From Lingula anatina (taxonomy: Eukaryota; Animalia; Brachiopoda), in the NCBI GenBank assembly GCA_051362555.1, contig CM120645.1:2294001-2358000 (forward strand): DNA of 64,000 nucleotides. Reading direction: 5' to 3'. Under the pieces are notes generated by a model. That model was not told the origin of the DNA, did not search any database, and saw only the letters and a list, made by a program, of their open reading frames with translations. A program made the translations under genes and the position numbers. Below, one piece after another: positions 12,611 through 25,900 of this stretch; positions within the stretch are counted from its first letter, which is position 1, and each line of letters begins with the position of its first letter.

Positions 12611-15600
12611 ATGCCTGCAAGCCTGTGTGTGAAATATGTGAAACATAATATGAAAGTTGTATCTTGGAATTGAACCCAACACAGAAACAGGTTGATTCAT
12701 TATTTTGAAAATAAACAAATAAATATATAAATTAATTGTTAATTTGGAGGATTCAGATACCTGCGCTGTTATTCTCTTGGTATATTGAAGAATTTGGCAG
12801 GCAAATGATAATAGTCAAATTGAAGTAGCTTTTATTTATAAGAACATCTGAAAAACAGAAATCATTGCAACAAGTCCCTTTCGTAGGGTTTCTATAACAA
12901 ATTTACACATACCGGTACATGTAATTTGTAATTTCTACAAGACTCTTCAATAAGCAGCCTCTTGTATTTTCAAAATCAAATTTCTCCCCGTTAACTACTT
13001 TACTACGTACCATTGTTCACAACAAGATAAACAACAGGACCACTCATTTTGGATACTAAAATTTGGGTACAACACTACTGCTTATACGTATAGTGTGTAT
13101 TAAAGAGAGCAAATGTGTGTATGTCATCAGAAATATATGGAGTACAAAGTAATGAAAACTGTGCACAGGTTCTCTACATACAGGTAGTTAAGGGATATAG
13201 GTGAGTGGGTAATTGCACTTTACTCAAGCCTTGCCTTCAGACATGAGAAAAGGTTCCGCTGTTTCTTATCACAGACAACTAATACAGGCCTTAGGGCCTG
13301 GTTAAAGATATTAGGGCCCTGTTAAGGGATAAGGAATGGAATTTCAACTCTGTCCATGTAATGGCACTGTTTTGAACTGTGGGGCCCAGTGATGTGGGTT
13401 TTTATGATGAGTACAGAGTTTCAGGAATGATGAATTACTGGCTGCTGCTTTTGCTGGATGGCATTTACCATAAATAGGTGCGCGGAAATGGGAAATATTG
13501 TCTGAAACTTCATCTTTTTGGTACTTCATGTGACCAAAAATTGTCTTTTGCTGTTAAAGCACTTTTAATTGTGGGGCTTGGGGAAAAAGATCAGAAAATT
13601 GGATTTCTAGGCAGTAGATTGCATGGTTTAAATTGTGAAGTGCATATTGCTCAAGTTTGTTTTGAGTTCCACAGATTGTATTTCACAGTTTGAGGCCTCA
13701 GTGGAGGATTTGTGTTTCAAAACAGATCTGAAAAAGCTGTGAGCGGCAGACTAATATTACTGTACAGTACAGTAAGTGATCAGCCACAACATCATCAGAT
13801 TCGCAGCAAAGATTTGATAAATTTTGATTAGTTATTCAGACCGGTTGTGAGCAGATGATCATTTCTCTCAGTTTCCAAGGTGACATAGCTACAAGGATAT
13901 CTTCCAGCTTGTCTTGAAGTTCAGAAAGTATATAGCTGGTCTAGAACACTCTGGAAATGGCTCTCTGTTGATCTTTAAAAACCAGTCATCGTATGATCTT
14001 CCAAAGAACATTGATTCATGGACTAGTTTTAAGGCCAGGAAATATCTATCACTGTGTATTCCTACTTTCTGAAGGTGAAGTGTATGACTAGATAGGGGTG
14101 ACTCATCAACATTTTGATCTTATGAAACCCTTACCACCAGTGTGGTTCTTGTTGAAGTGGTAGAATGTGTTGAAAGCAGGGGGTCAGTTAGACTAACGGG
14201 ACAAAGAAAAAAGAAAAGAAATATTTTTCGGAAGAGCGCTTTTGACCAAGAGGACTTCACCAGAGACTTGAACAAAACTTGAAAACTTTTTGACAAATTG
14301 TCAAAGAAAATATTCTTCATATTTAACCAGTGACCATCATCCAGAGGAGATCATATTCAGTCACATGACAAGGCATTTTACTAGGAAGACATATTAACAG
14401 GACCCATATTAACCAGGAGCTACTATACCTTGAGCCTTCAAAGCACAGGATCTTTACAGTGATATTTCACGGAAAAAAGAACTCTGATATTTCCAAATTT
14501 ATCTCACCTGGTTACCTGTGTATATTTAACTCACCTTGGCGCTTGCTGCATCTGGTTTGCTCTTATTGCGTCAGTGTGAATACTAGAGTAATCTACACTG
14601 GAATTTATCCATTAGTAACTGTATGAATTCATCACAGTACTTTTAGATGAGATGAGACTGCTGCTTAGTATATAACTTGGGAACTTTTGAACACTGGATT
14701 AATTGTATTTCACATGCACAGGGAGTGACCATAGACTTAAACTGCAGGTTTTACAGGTTGTATGATATCTAGTACCATAAGAAGTGATATATACTGGGAC
14801 TCTTCTTTGACTTACACATACTTGATTTATTGTCCTGTACCAAGAGGCACGCTTGGTGAAAAATATATCAGCAGACCTGTCTGTGTTTCTTGCCATCAGA
14901 TTTGGCTGAAAGCTGACTGAAGTTGTGATATTACTACGAAGAAACCGTGCTTTTGTTGTGTGTTTTCAGCCTGTTCTGTAGTGAATCATGAATATCAGTG
15001 TTTCACTAGGTGGAGGGCGCCCAGGAGGAAATCGCACCAGCCTCGCCAAACAGCTTCTACAGGAGAGGAAAGGTGACAGCTCCTTTGAGTTCAGAAGTAA
15101 AGGCACGAGTGCTCTGGGTCGGCACCACCGAACAAAACTTCAAGATGGTGCTCTTGACTTTGACGACTGGGATGTTGGTACCAGTAGGAATAGGAGAAAT
15201 GTAGGAAGCTTTTTCGAGTATTTGGATGACAGCGCCAAGTCAAAAAGCGAGGACAGTAGAAAGCATGTATCTGAGGTGGATTACTCTAGCCGTAGCTCAA
15301 AAAACAAAAGTGGACTGAGAGAGTTTGATGTGGATACAGATGACATGTTTGCATCCAAAACAAAGTCATTTTTAAATCGCTCTGGCAAGAAACATTTTGA
15401 TGATGATGATGATGATGATCTAAGGGGCAGGGGCAGCAAGTTGCATAGATTAAGAAGCCGTGAAAACGCAGCATATGAAGATGAAATTGATAGCAAAAAC
15501 AAAAACTTATCGGAGAGAAAAAGGGGCGATTTAGCTGAAAGAAATGAAGGTGGTGGCATTGTCTCCTCATCAAAAAGTGAAAAGAAAACAGTAAAGAAGT

Positions 15601-18600
15601 CTTCAAAATCTGAAAATGTGCAGCGCACTATAACTAAGGATGGGAAAACGACCACTACGAAGGAGGAGTCACATGATAGCAATGAAGTCAAGGAGGAACG
15701 AAGTGATGTGAAACAGTTTCGAGAGCCTGGCAGTAAGGCATTGGCAGTTGGCGGTAGTGCTGAAGAAAAATCAACCAGCATTGTGAAGAGGGAAGAGAAG
15801 AAAGAGGGCAAGAAGCTAACAGAGGAAGAATCAAAAGGTAAAGATGGCAGAACCCTTTCCAAACTAAGCAAATTGGATACCACAAAGGATTTGAACCAAG
15901 AGGAGAAAAAATTGGAACTCAGCACAACTAAGTCTTTTGATGCTCAAACTGGGGACAGTGCAACCAAAACTAAGAAAGCAGAAACCACAACCAGCAAAAT
16001 TGCAGAAGGCAAAAAGAGTGAGACTACAAAAATGGAGCGTGGAGCAGACGGGGAGATTATAAAGACCAAAGGTGCTGAAGTGACTGGAAATGTGAAAGAA
16101 AAGAAGCACAAAGTAACGGATGTTGATGTGGAAGAGAAAGATGCCTCTGGGAAAGTGGCAGCTCGAAGAAAAGCACACCTGGAGGCAGAAGTAGGTCAAG
16201 AGTTTGGCGGGACAAAAAGCAAGGAAGAGAAGAACAGATATGCCATCGACGAAGCTGGTCGTTCCATCAAAACCACAGAAACCAAAGAAGGCAAATCAAA
16301 GACGAGAAAAGAGCATGACAAGATGCAGATGCAACTCAACGAAGAAATAGAAACAGAGGACGGAACTCTGAAACTGGAAACCAAGGAAGGATCCCAGGGA
16401 GGGAAAGAAACCACCAGAGGCTATTCCAAATCCAATATTAAAAGCACGCCAGTCAGTGAGGCCATAGATTCCGTGAAAAGAACCGTCTTCTCTCCAAATG
16501 TGGGTGCAGGAGATGCACAAGACGCCATAGAGGCAGGTTCACCTGCGAGACGTGTTCGTCAGCGTGCTCGTCCTGCACCGCTTACTAAAGCCAATGTGGA
16601 AGCAGCCAATGGGGATGTGAAGGGTGCTAAAACACCAACAACACCCAGTGCTACATCAGACTATGGTACGATGGATTCTTCAATGGCAGAAAGCATGAGA
16701 TCCAGAGATAAAAAGTGATTTTCTACCATTTGAGGCCAGTTTAGGGTGTTTTGGTTTTATAAGAAACTTAAATGTTTAATTTAAGTACAAAAATTGCACT
16801 CCGCTAGAAAATCTTAATTTTAAGATTGGAAATAACCTCTTCTGAGAATGTACCTGTATTTATAACTTAAAGAAGTGAAAGTAAAAGACAGATTCTTTGG
16901 CCCCAGGTGATATTTAGATCTCTTAAAAGTAGGGGTCTTTCATGGCAGCAAGGCCCAACTTTAAAATCTTTTCCATGATAAATTTAAATGCCAGGTGCAA
17001 CGTATATGTTCTTAATTAAGTGCTCTTTTGGTAAAATCACCCCCTAAACCTGCTCTTAATAAGTGCTAAATACCACTTCATCAAAACAGCTTCTCGTACA
17101 AAATATACAGTGAAGGTCAAGGCTATAAACCCCCTCAGGAAACAGTATGGAAATTATGAGAAATTGACTTTGATAAGTTCAGAGATCTAAACAACGAAAG
17201 ACAACTTGTAAGTTCTGATACAGTTAAACCAGTTTTAATGTGTTATTCTGAAGATTTAATATGGTTCTTGGATAAATGGATCCCTGAGACAAAAAAATTA
17301 GGGCTTTATAATCAGCACTTGAGTAGTTCTTGCTACTCACCAAGTATTAGCAGAAGTAGGCTTATAGACAGTTTTGTTATTGATTGTGTAATAATAGGCA
17401 GAGCGAGCTATGGAATTGGATGCTGTCTCATTTATCTTATTGATTTTTTCTGTTGTATGACTGCCATTTGGTTTTAGCGTCAATTGAAGTTTTTTTTTTC
17501 AATTACACTTCACAAATTAGCTGTAAAAATGTTCTGGAAATTTTTTTTGAATAAGAAGTGCATTTGAAAAGGTTTTTTTGTTAATGAATTTGGAGGTACT
17601 TTGAATATTTCATTTATGGTGTAGAATTTGAAGTCTTAGCAGTTTGAAGGACAGTATTATTCCAAACTTATGTATTTTTTCCACAAATGATCAGTTGTTG
17701 AAATAGAGACTATAGTTGAACATTAAAACTGCTAGAAAATTATAAATGTTCTTGCTGAAGTTACATGAAATCGTCCTTGCTGCTAGATTGATAGACAAAT
17801 TAGTACTGCTTAATTTTTTTTTAATGCATGCTTGCTTTTAGATTGAAAGACAATTGTACTGTCAGAAAAAGGGTTTTGTTGAAACTGGATGAAAAACCCT
17901 TTGCTTGTAGACCAATAGACATTTTACTGCTAAGAAATTTATTTTTTTATTGAAACTACTTGAAATGGCTCTTGCTGTTAGAGAGACAGACAGCCTCCCC
18001 GGTAGTTAATAGGGTTTTCATTGAGTAGGCAGATTAACCTTTGCTTTTAAAGCAGTTTTGTTGAAGGCAATCATTTGAATTGCAGTTTACAAGGTTAACA
18101 AAACTGAAGTTTTATATATCTAAAGTTTTTGGTATTACTTTTGTGTAAAGCAAATGTTGTCATTGTCATATATGTAATCATTTGGGTTTGCAAAATTTTA
18201 CTCCTGTATGATTTCTGTTAGAAGTATTTTGAAAAAATGATAGATATACTTATCTTACTCAGTGGATTGTTAAAACATTACTGTAATCAAATATATCTTT
18301 AGACCTTTGAGCTATGTTATATTATTACTGTATGAGATGATTACTAGTAAATATTCAAAGTGTGAATTTTGCATTGTTTATTTCCTGTATGCTGTTGCCA
18401 AAAAGTTAAATGAAAGTCTTTTTATTCGGAAATCTGGAAAGGTCCTCTTGAATCTCTGATCAACCAGTAAAACAAAAAACAATTAAACCAAAGTTTGCTT
18501 TTTATTTATTTGCTATTCTTTGGTAAGAAAAGAAATAGCTTTAGAATTAAAAATAGCCTTGATGTGGTCTGAGGGGTGACATACCATGTTGTCAAGGATG

Positions 18601-18928
18601 TTGATACATTCTTCAAACAAGCCACATCAGAACTATTTTTATTTCTGAAGCTATTTACATCAAGTATTCACAGTCTGTGGCAGTCTGATTATAAGACGGG
18701 TTAACTGAGTGACAGGCCGACTTGACATTTCAAAGAATGTTTTTGAAAAATTGCTTTTCTTTAAAGTTTTCTTTAATTGAGTTGGTGGTACCCTGAGTGT
18801 GAGAGAGGTGCTTAAATTTCTAGTTTTCTCCGAATGTTGGCGTGATGGGTGAGGTTGGGGTGGGGCACACAGGGTGTGAGTGATTAAGTTTCTTGATGCA
18901 TATAAAAACTATTGGGTCAAAGCATAAG

Positions 18929-18963
<35 letters not shown>

Positions 18964-21900
18964 ATAATAAAACAGGTGAAATTTTTCATTTTATTATACT
19001 ACTGATGATTTACCTAGGGTCGTCGTACACTTAAATTTGGTCTCAAAAGTTTAGACCAGTTTTTGCGCTAAAGTTACTTTGTAAGACAGGACCCTGGTCA
19101 CTATAATATATATGAACTTTCCAAATCCTCCTCACTCTGAATAGTGACCATCTATACAGCTTTGTAGCAAAATTCTTCTCTTTAAACAACCTCATCTGTC
19201 TTTTTTCTGTGCTCTTCCAATATTTTCTCTGTCAACAAGAGGGAGAGCAAAGATCACCCAGTGTGACAGAAAGGTTGTATGCCTAAGTCATAAAATATGT
19301 GAACTCTGTAGCCAGGTCCTGTTCCTCATGCCATTAACTTCAGTTTTAATACCATGCCACGACTGTCAACTTTGTTCAATTCTTTATTCCACATGTGTAA
19401 AAGATAAACTGAAGAGACATGCATGGAGATTTTTATGTTTAGAAGCTGCCCCCTCCTCCACCCCCCCCCCCCCCCCCCAGCCACACCCGAGACTTGGGCC
19501 TCATCTTTACAATGCAAATTAAAATCACCTGTGTAAAATGAAAATGTCAAAAATAGAGATAGAAAATACATGCCAAGTTATAAAGGAGCCACAGATACAG
19601 AATTTAACATAAAAAAAACAGTGCAGATTCCCTGTAATGCATATCAATCACTACTACCAATTTCTTATAGTCAATTAATTCTACATTTTTCAGTCAATTT
19701 TATAACCCTCTCAATTGATCCGAATAGCAAAGAAGCTAGACCAAATTTCCTGAGATTTTGATCCAGATCAGACCTTTTATGGCCAAAAGGACAGACAGCC
19801 CCCCCCCCCCTCTCAAGCTCCCCTGCCTAAATGGGTTTCTAATTGATGATAGGATCAAATAGTTCGAAGATGAACCATAAAATATGCCTGTCTTAGTTTG
19901 ATTGTTCGAGTACTTATTTGGCGGTGTATATAAAGGAAAGCCACTTGAACTTTATGTTGGGATATGTCCACATAGCTGAGGGTATGGGTGACTTTATTTG
20001 TTTACACACACTGTCAATCCCTTGTGTGGTCAGGGGCTGAAGAAAGGAAAATAAACACCCCCAAAATTGTTTTTAAAATGAATTTGAGATTTTGATATTA
20101 CTTTTATCTCTTTAATCTGGCCAAAATTTCAGTATTTGGAGTCATTGTGTTATGTTCAGCCAAATATATTTGAGCTAGACAAAACAAATATAAAATGCTT
20201 CCTTCCATGTTGAATTTAACTCTCTGAAAATTGGCTGTAATATTGAAATGTGTTTGCTAAAGTAAATGGCATAAAAAAGAACATTCAGAGTGAATAAAGG
20301 CAACTCTAAGATCACTTAATCAGCTTCCTTTTCTCCACCCTTCAACCACCAGAACATAAAAAATGTTTTCTCCAATAAATTATCACAGTAATAAAACAAG
20401 TACAGTATTTATTGGGGTATCTTTATTAGTCCAATAACTATAGAGTTTATTTCCAGACACAGACACAACACACTCCCCTTTTTATGTACAGACACAGATG
20501 TGTCTGTACATATTGCCATCACCTGCGTCTGTCGTCGCCGTCGCCGTCCCTGTCGCCGTCGATGTCGCCGTCGCCGTCGCCGTGCACTTTCATCGTTAAC
20601 ACGATAAGTGGAAGACAGTTTTACTTTTTGGCTTTATATTTACAGAGCTGATAAATATTCATAAAACGCAGGTCAAGTTCGAAAATCAGCATGTTTGGGC
20701 CATTATTGTAGAAGTTGTGCTGTTTTTTCACTTTTTAACATATATGCAACACTGTTAACACATTTCAAGGAAAACCGATAGGCCTGTTGTCATGAAACTC
20801 ACAGGAGTACGGTAATCAATCTCACTAAAATGCAGGTCAAGTTTGAAAATCAGCATTATCGGGCCATTATTTTAGAAGTTATGCTGTTTTTTTCACATTT
20901 CCTCAGATTCAATTCTTAGGCATGTTAACAGTCTCATTATTGAACTAATAAGATACGTAAAGGTGTTTGTTTCACATTTCCTGCATCTGTACAACATTGA
21001 TAGTTGATTGTGTAAAAATGATGGTAAACTTGTTATCGTGTATTGTGTAATAGAGTTTCAAATATGGAAATAAACTCATATCATTGCAGTCTGTCAGATT
21101 CAATCATTCACGATGTTCAGAATCTCAGAATGGAGGAAATTGGACATTTAACACTGTTGTATTGATACTTTCCCCATCTCATCAATTTTCTTAGTTGATC
21201 ATATAAAAATGGCAGTAAACTGTTAATTTTGTTTCATGTTAAAAAATTGTTAAAAATGGGAAAAAAAACATTTCAGAACAGTGCTGTCTTGTTTACTTTT
21301 TGGCATTTTCAAGATGTGACTTTGAAGTTCCATGGTCCTGAAGACCTTTGCTAGTCACATTTTTTGAATATCCATGATACCAATATTTTATTATTAAAAA
21401 TTGATGGTCATTATGCTGTTAAACATTATGTAACGTTGCATCAAAATTTGAAGAAACCCCTATTTTGGACACTGCTCCCATGTCACTTACTGTTCTCAAA
21501 CTTAGGGAAAGAAACATGGGACTTAAATAAAGCTTCAGTGGGCAATGCAGTCTATTTGGTAAATTTTTCTGGCAGTTAAACAGTTTTTTGTGAAAATTTA
21601 ATTTTTCACATATTGGCATTTTCAAGGTGTGACTTAGAACCTCCACGGGCTTGAAGACCCATGCTAGTCACATTTTCTGAAAATCCATGATAAGTGTATT
21701 TTATTATTAAAAGCTGATGGTCTTTATGCTGTTAAGCATTATGTAATATTGCATCAAAATAGAAGAAAACACAATTTTGGGTGCTGCTGCCATGATGACC
21801 ATTATGGGTAAAGCATGTTACTTATGATTGTCAAACTTTCAAAAAAGAAACACAGGACTAAATTGCAGCCGAGTTGGAAAAGCAGTCTAATTTGCTTCTT

Positions 21901-22877
21901 TTTATTGTAGTAATACATTTTAGTGAAATATTCATATTTATCGTGTTGCCATTCATTGTGGGACTCAGAGCTCCCATGGACATAAAGCCGAATGGTAACC
22001 AAATTTTCTACATGTCCATGCTATTTATAGTCAATAATCAAAAATTGGTGATAATTATTCTGTAATTTATTATGTAATGTTACATCAAAATTGACAAAAA
22101 TGCACTGCTACAATAAACATTATGAAAAGAAACTGTGTTACTTATTATTATTATTTTTAACTTACAAGTTTGATTTTTAGGATTGGCATGCAGTTCAAAT
22201 TAGAAAGCCAGCTCAATTGGGTTATCATTTATAATTGAATTTATGCAATTTTGTGTAAAATTTTCATTTTTCTCATTCTGGCACTTTCAAAGTGTGAACT
22301 CTCATGGGCCTGAAGCCTTATGCTTGTTTCATATTTTATTTACATTGGTGTTACCTGTTGAGCATATTTAAATTTTGATGTTGAATTTGCAGTTAAGCAT
22401 AATGTACTTTTGTATCAGAATTGACAGCAGCCTATTTTGTGCATTGTTATTTTCAGCTTTTTGTCTGTACATTTGACAGCTTTGCTGCCTTGTTCCACCC
22501 TCCTATTTTCTCTGTCAAAGCTATGAATTTTTTTCCCCTCTAGTGACAGGTCTCTTTAGATGGCTGAAATTCTGACATCTGAGGCGCTGCAGACAGTGCT
22601 TGAAGGACACTAGCGCTGCCTTCCTATGAGAGAAAAACCACCACTGAAAATCAGGAATGCATGAGGACAGCTCTGAAAAAAAAAGATAATAAATCACACT
22701 GATTTAATTAGATGTGAAATAACAAGAGAGAAATAACATTTGGATTTGATGAAAGTTGTCAGGATGCTGATTAAGATTGCTGGAGGGGAATTTACAAAGA
22801 TAGTTCTATAGAGCTATTAGTGAGTGATAAAAAGAAAGAGATAAGGGATGATTATATTACTCATTTATCAAATTGTT

Positions 22878-22912
<35 letters not shown>

Positions 22913-25900
22913 TTTTGACTGAGAGATTTGATATCTCCAAAGGGGGGCCCTGATTTCTGTAATCATTTAATTAACACTAATGATAACATTGTTCCTGTAT
23001 AAATTTATTAATGGATATAACTCATGACTGTTCATCCTTAATTGAAAAATATTTTTAGAATTATTCAAACTCCTCTAGGTATCAAGAACAGATGTATTGA
23101 TATCATGTTCATACCCTGATTTCCCTGGGGTCCTGGGTGAGGAGGGCAAGGGCCATATAGCAGGATCAGTTACATTTCCTCATGGTACTCAGGGCGCATT
23201 AATATTCAGATACTAACCACACCGTGTGCACTTAAATGATGATGCAAAATATCTCTTTGATTAACTTTGACAGCTGGACTTCTGATTATGATAAACAGGA
23301 ATTACATCCTGTTAGAGAAGAGGTGTCTTGTTACTGTATTACATAGTTAATATTAGAAGGTGCAGCATGTCATTTCTCTTTGATGAACTGTATGCTCAAT
23401 TGTGATCTTGATAGATATTCAACTTTATACTTTCCATTAAAAAAGTTTCCATTACAAGTGTGTGCGTAATGATAATAATAATAGTTTATTCTAGCTTTAT
23501 AAACCACCAGTATAAACTATGGACCTCCAAACTGTTTGTCATAAATAAGTAAAGTTATGAATTTGTTAAAATACTTTTAATAAATCTATTACAAAAAAAA
23601 AAACTTAAATGATATGCAAAAACTGAACCTTATATTTAAATCTACAATAAACTTGTCAAGATTTTTCCTGGTTTAATTGTGATAACATTCTAAGGAGGAG
23701 AAGATGAAGTCCCTCTTTTGTCCCCATTGTCTGCTCTTCCTTACTTTCAAAATAATACAATGACATTCTTGAAAGTCCCAGTTTGTAAATCAAAAATGTC
23801 AAATTAGTCATTGTTTAGCATGTACTCAAAAGTAGGATTTAGCAACCAAAAGTGGATATCAAACCTATTTGGTTCTTATGAAGAAAGGGGTGGAATTTCC
23901 AGTGTGTTTATTCTGTCAAATTTCTTTTGTTAAAATTAACAATTGCCACAAGGCACAGAGCCCAGTTAAAAGATACTGCTAAAAAGTAACGAGGCATGTG
24001 TGGTAACCCCCTTGTGTAGCCTTACTGGTCGGAACATGATTCAGTCTGCCTCAGGAAAAGCCAGTGTATCATCTTACAGCTTGAGCTTAGTTTATTGTAG
24101 AGGTAGGGACTGTAAATCTGGATTCCGAGCCAAGTCTACGGACCACGTGCGTGCATGTTTAAGTACGTGAGGTGTGCATTCAGAGGTGACTGCGGCGCAA
24201 GTATGATAACATGTTGATACGGACCACTAAACACAGGAGGGCAACATGTAGCTAACAAGTGCTACATTTTTTTATCCGGATAAACATATTTTCTGGGGCA
24301 CTGCACATTCCGTAGGTGGGTCAGGCACAGTCAGCTGATTCTTTACTCTGGAACAAGCCATTTATTCTGCTCCACCCTTCTCTAAGAGTTCATAAAACCT
24401 CTGTGGTACATTTTCTGGAAAATTCTAACCTGTGTAAAAATCAGCTGATGGGAATATTGAGAATAGCTATAGAGGAACCAGGTGTGGTGTATGATTACTA
24501 CAGGTAAATTAAACAGTAAGGTGGTCTCCTCTTCAGAGTTAACATTATCTCTGATCAACCTTGGATGTTGTGATAGTTGTTGTTATATATGTATTCCCAA
24601 GCACAGGAAAGATGCCAAGTTCGAAGAAGGTACAGTACATGTACAGTCATTCCCATTGGTTCTGCTCATAAGTATGTGACCTTGCTGGAATCCTTCACAG
24701 GTTGAGTAATAACTATCTCAGAATAGAAAATAGTTGGAAACTCAGGTGTTTGCTTCATCCTCAGACTGTGATTTGGCTTAGCAAGCAACAGAGAAGACAG
24801 GTATATAACCCACACAGTGATGGGCACATATATGTGAGATGTTATTCCGAGGACTATATAAATGCCAAAAGATTTAGGGAAGAAATTTCTGCTTTGCAGT
24901 GTGTGGATTATATGTACACCGATGACATACATGTTGACTTAAGCTAAAAAAAAGTACTAGTACTGTGGACTTATATGATATCATCTGTACATGGACTATT
25001 CATAGATATACACTGTGTCTATAGGCTGAATTTGAAAGACTGCTGTTATCTCTAGTTACTGACTGTTAACACCATGGCTCAGAATCCTCAACCTAAAAAG
25101 AGGATCATCATGAGGATAAGGTCCCAGGGGTCCAGGGAGTTACCCCCTCAACCCCCAGGCTCTCCCAGTGGGGGGAGCCCCAAGATGGGGGCCAAGAACT
25201 TACAGCAGAAGTTTGCCAAAGTGAATTTTGGGACAAAGAACCCCAAACTGTCAGACTTTGAGAAGTGTTTCAATGAATTTACGGATGAATTCAAACACTA
25301 TCATGGCTCCACGGATGAGGAGAGTGAAGAGCATAAAGGCAAACGTCCGCCATTGCAGAGAAGTGACCATGACACAGATTCCAAAGGTCAAGGTCATCCT
25401 GAAGATCAGAGCTTTGGTGAAGGTGAACCCTGCGGTAAGAAGTTTCAAGATATTTTCTCTCCGTTTGATGCTGAGTGTGATCCCTTTGGCATGCAGCATG
25501 AGTTTGATAAAAAATCTAGACCACACCTGAGACGTACGCGCTCCAGGGACAAAAGTAAGTCTGCCTTTAGTGACAGTTTCTTTTCCTCCCCCAAAATGGA
25601 GGACATTTTTGGAGAAAGTTCCTCTTCTTCACGTAGAAAAAAGAAACCAAGTTTCTTTGAGGAATTTGAAACTATGAGCAGTGCCATTATGGAGGAATTT
25701 TTCAGTGATAAACCTCCGGGAGAAAGATGGAAGACTTGTGCTGAAAAATTTGGAGATTTAAATCTCGATTCAGATGATTCAGACGATGACAAGTTTTTCT
25801 CGCACAGTTCATTCTTAGGCAAGCGTGATAAAAAAGATAAGAAGCAATCAAAGTCTTGTCCATCTTGCGGTCAGAAGAAACGGTCAAAGCAGACTCCAGC

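Noticed and set aside
15281-16520. Several minus-strand ORFs (up to 214 aa) opposite the 576-aa ORF
   Set aside because: Ser/Phe/Leu-rich antisense shadows of a purine-rich coding strand; no independent coding signal.
16713-16720. Possible donor AA|GTGATT at the end of the 576-aa ORF
   Set aside because: Weak and in phase 2; only compatible with the mid-RA exon at 43244, which would break the domain.
20520-22330. Repeat-spacer-like pattern suggesting a CRISPR array
   Set aside because: Eukaryotic context, long degenerate units, no cas genes; explained by the HINE-like element.
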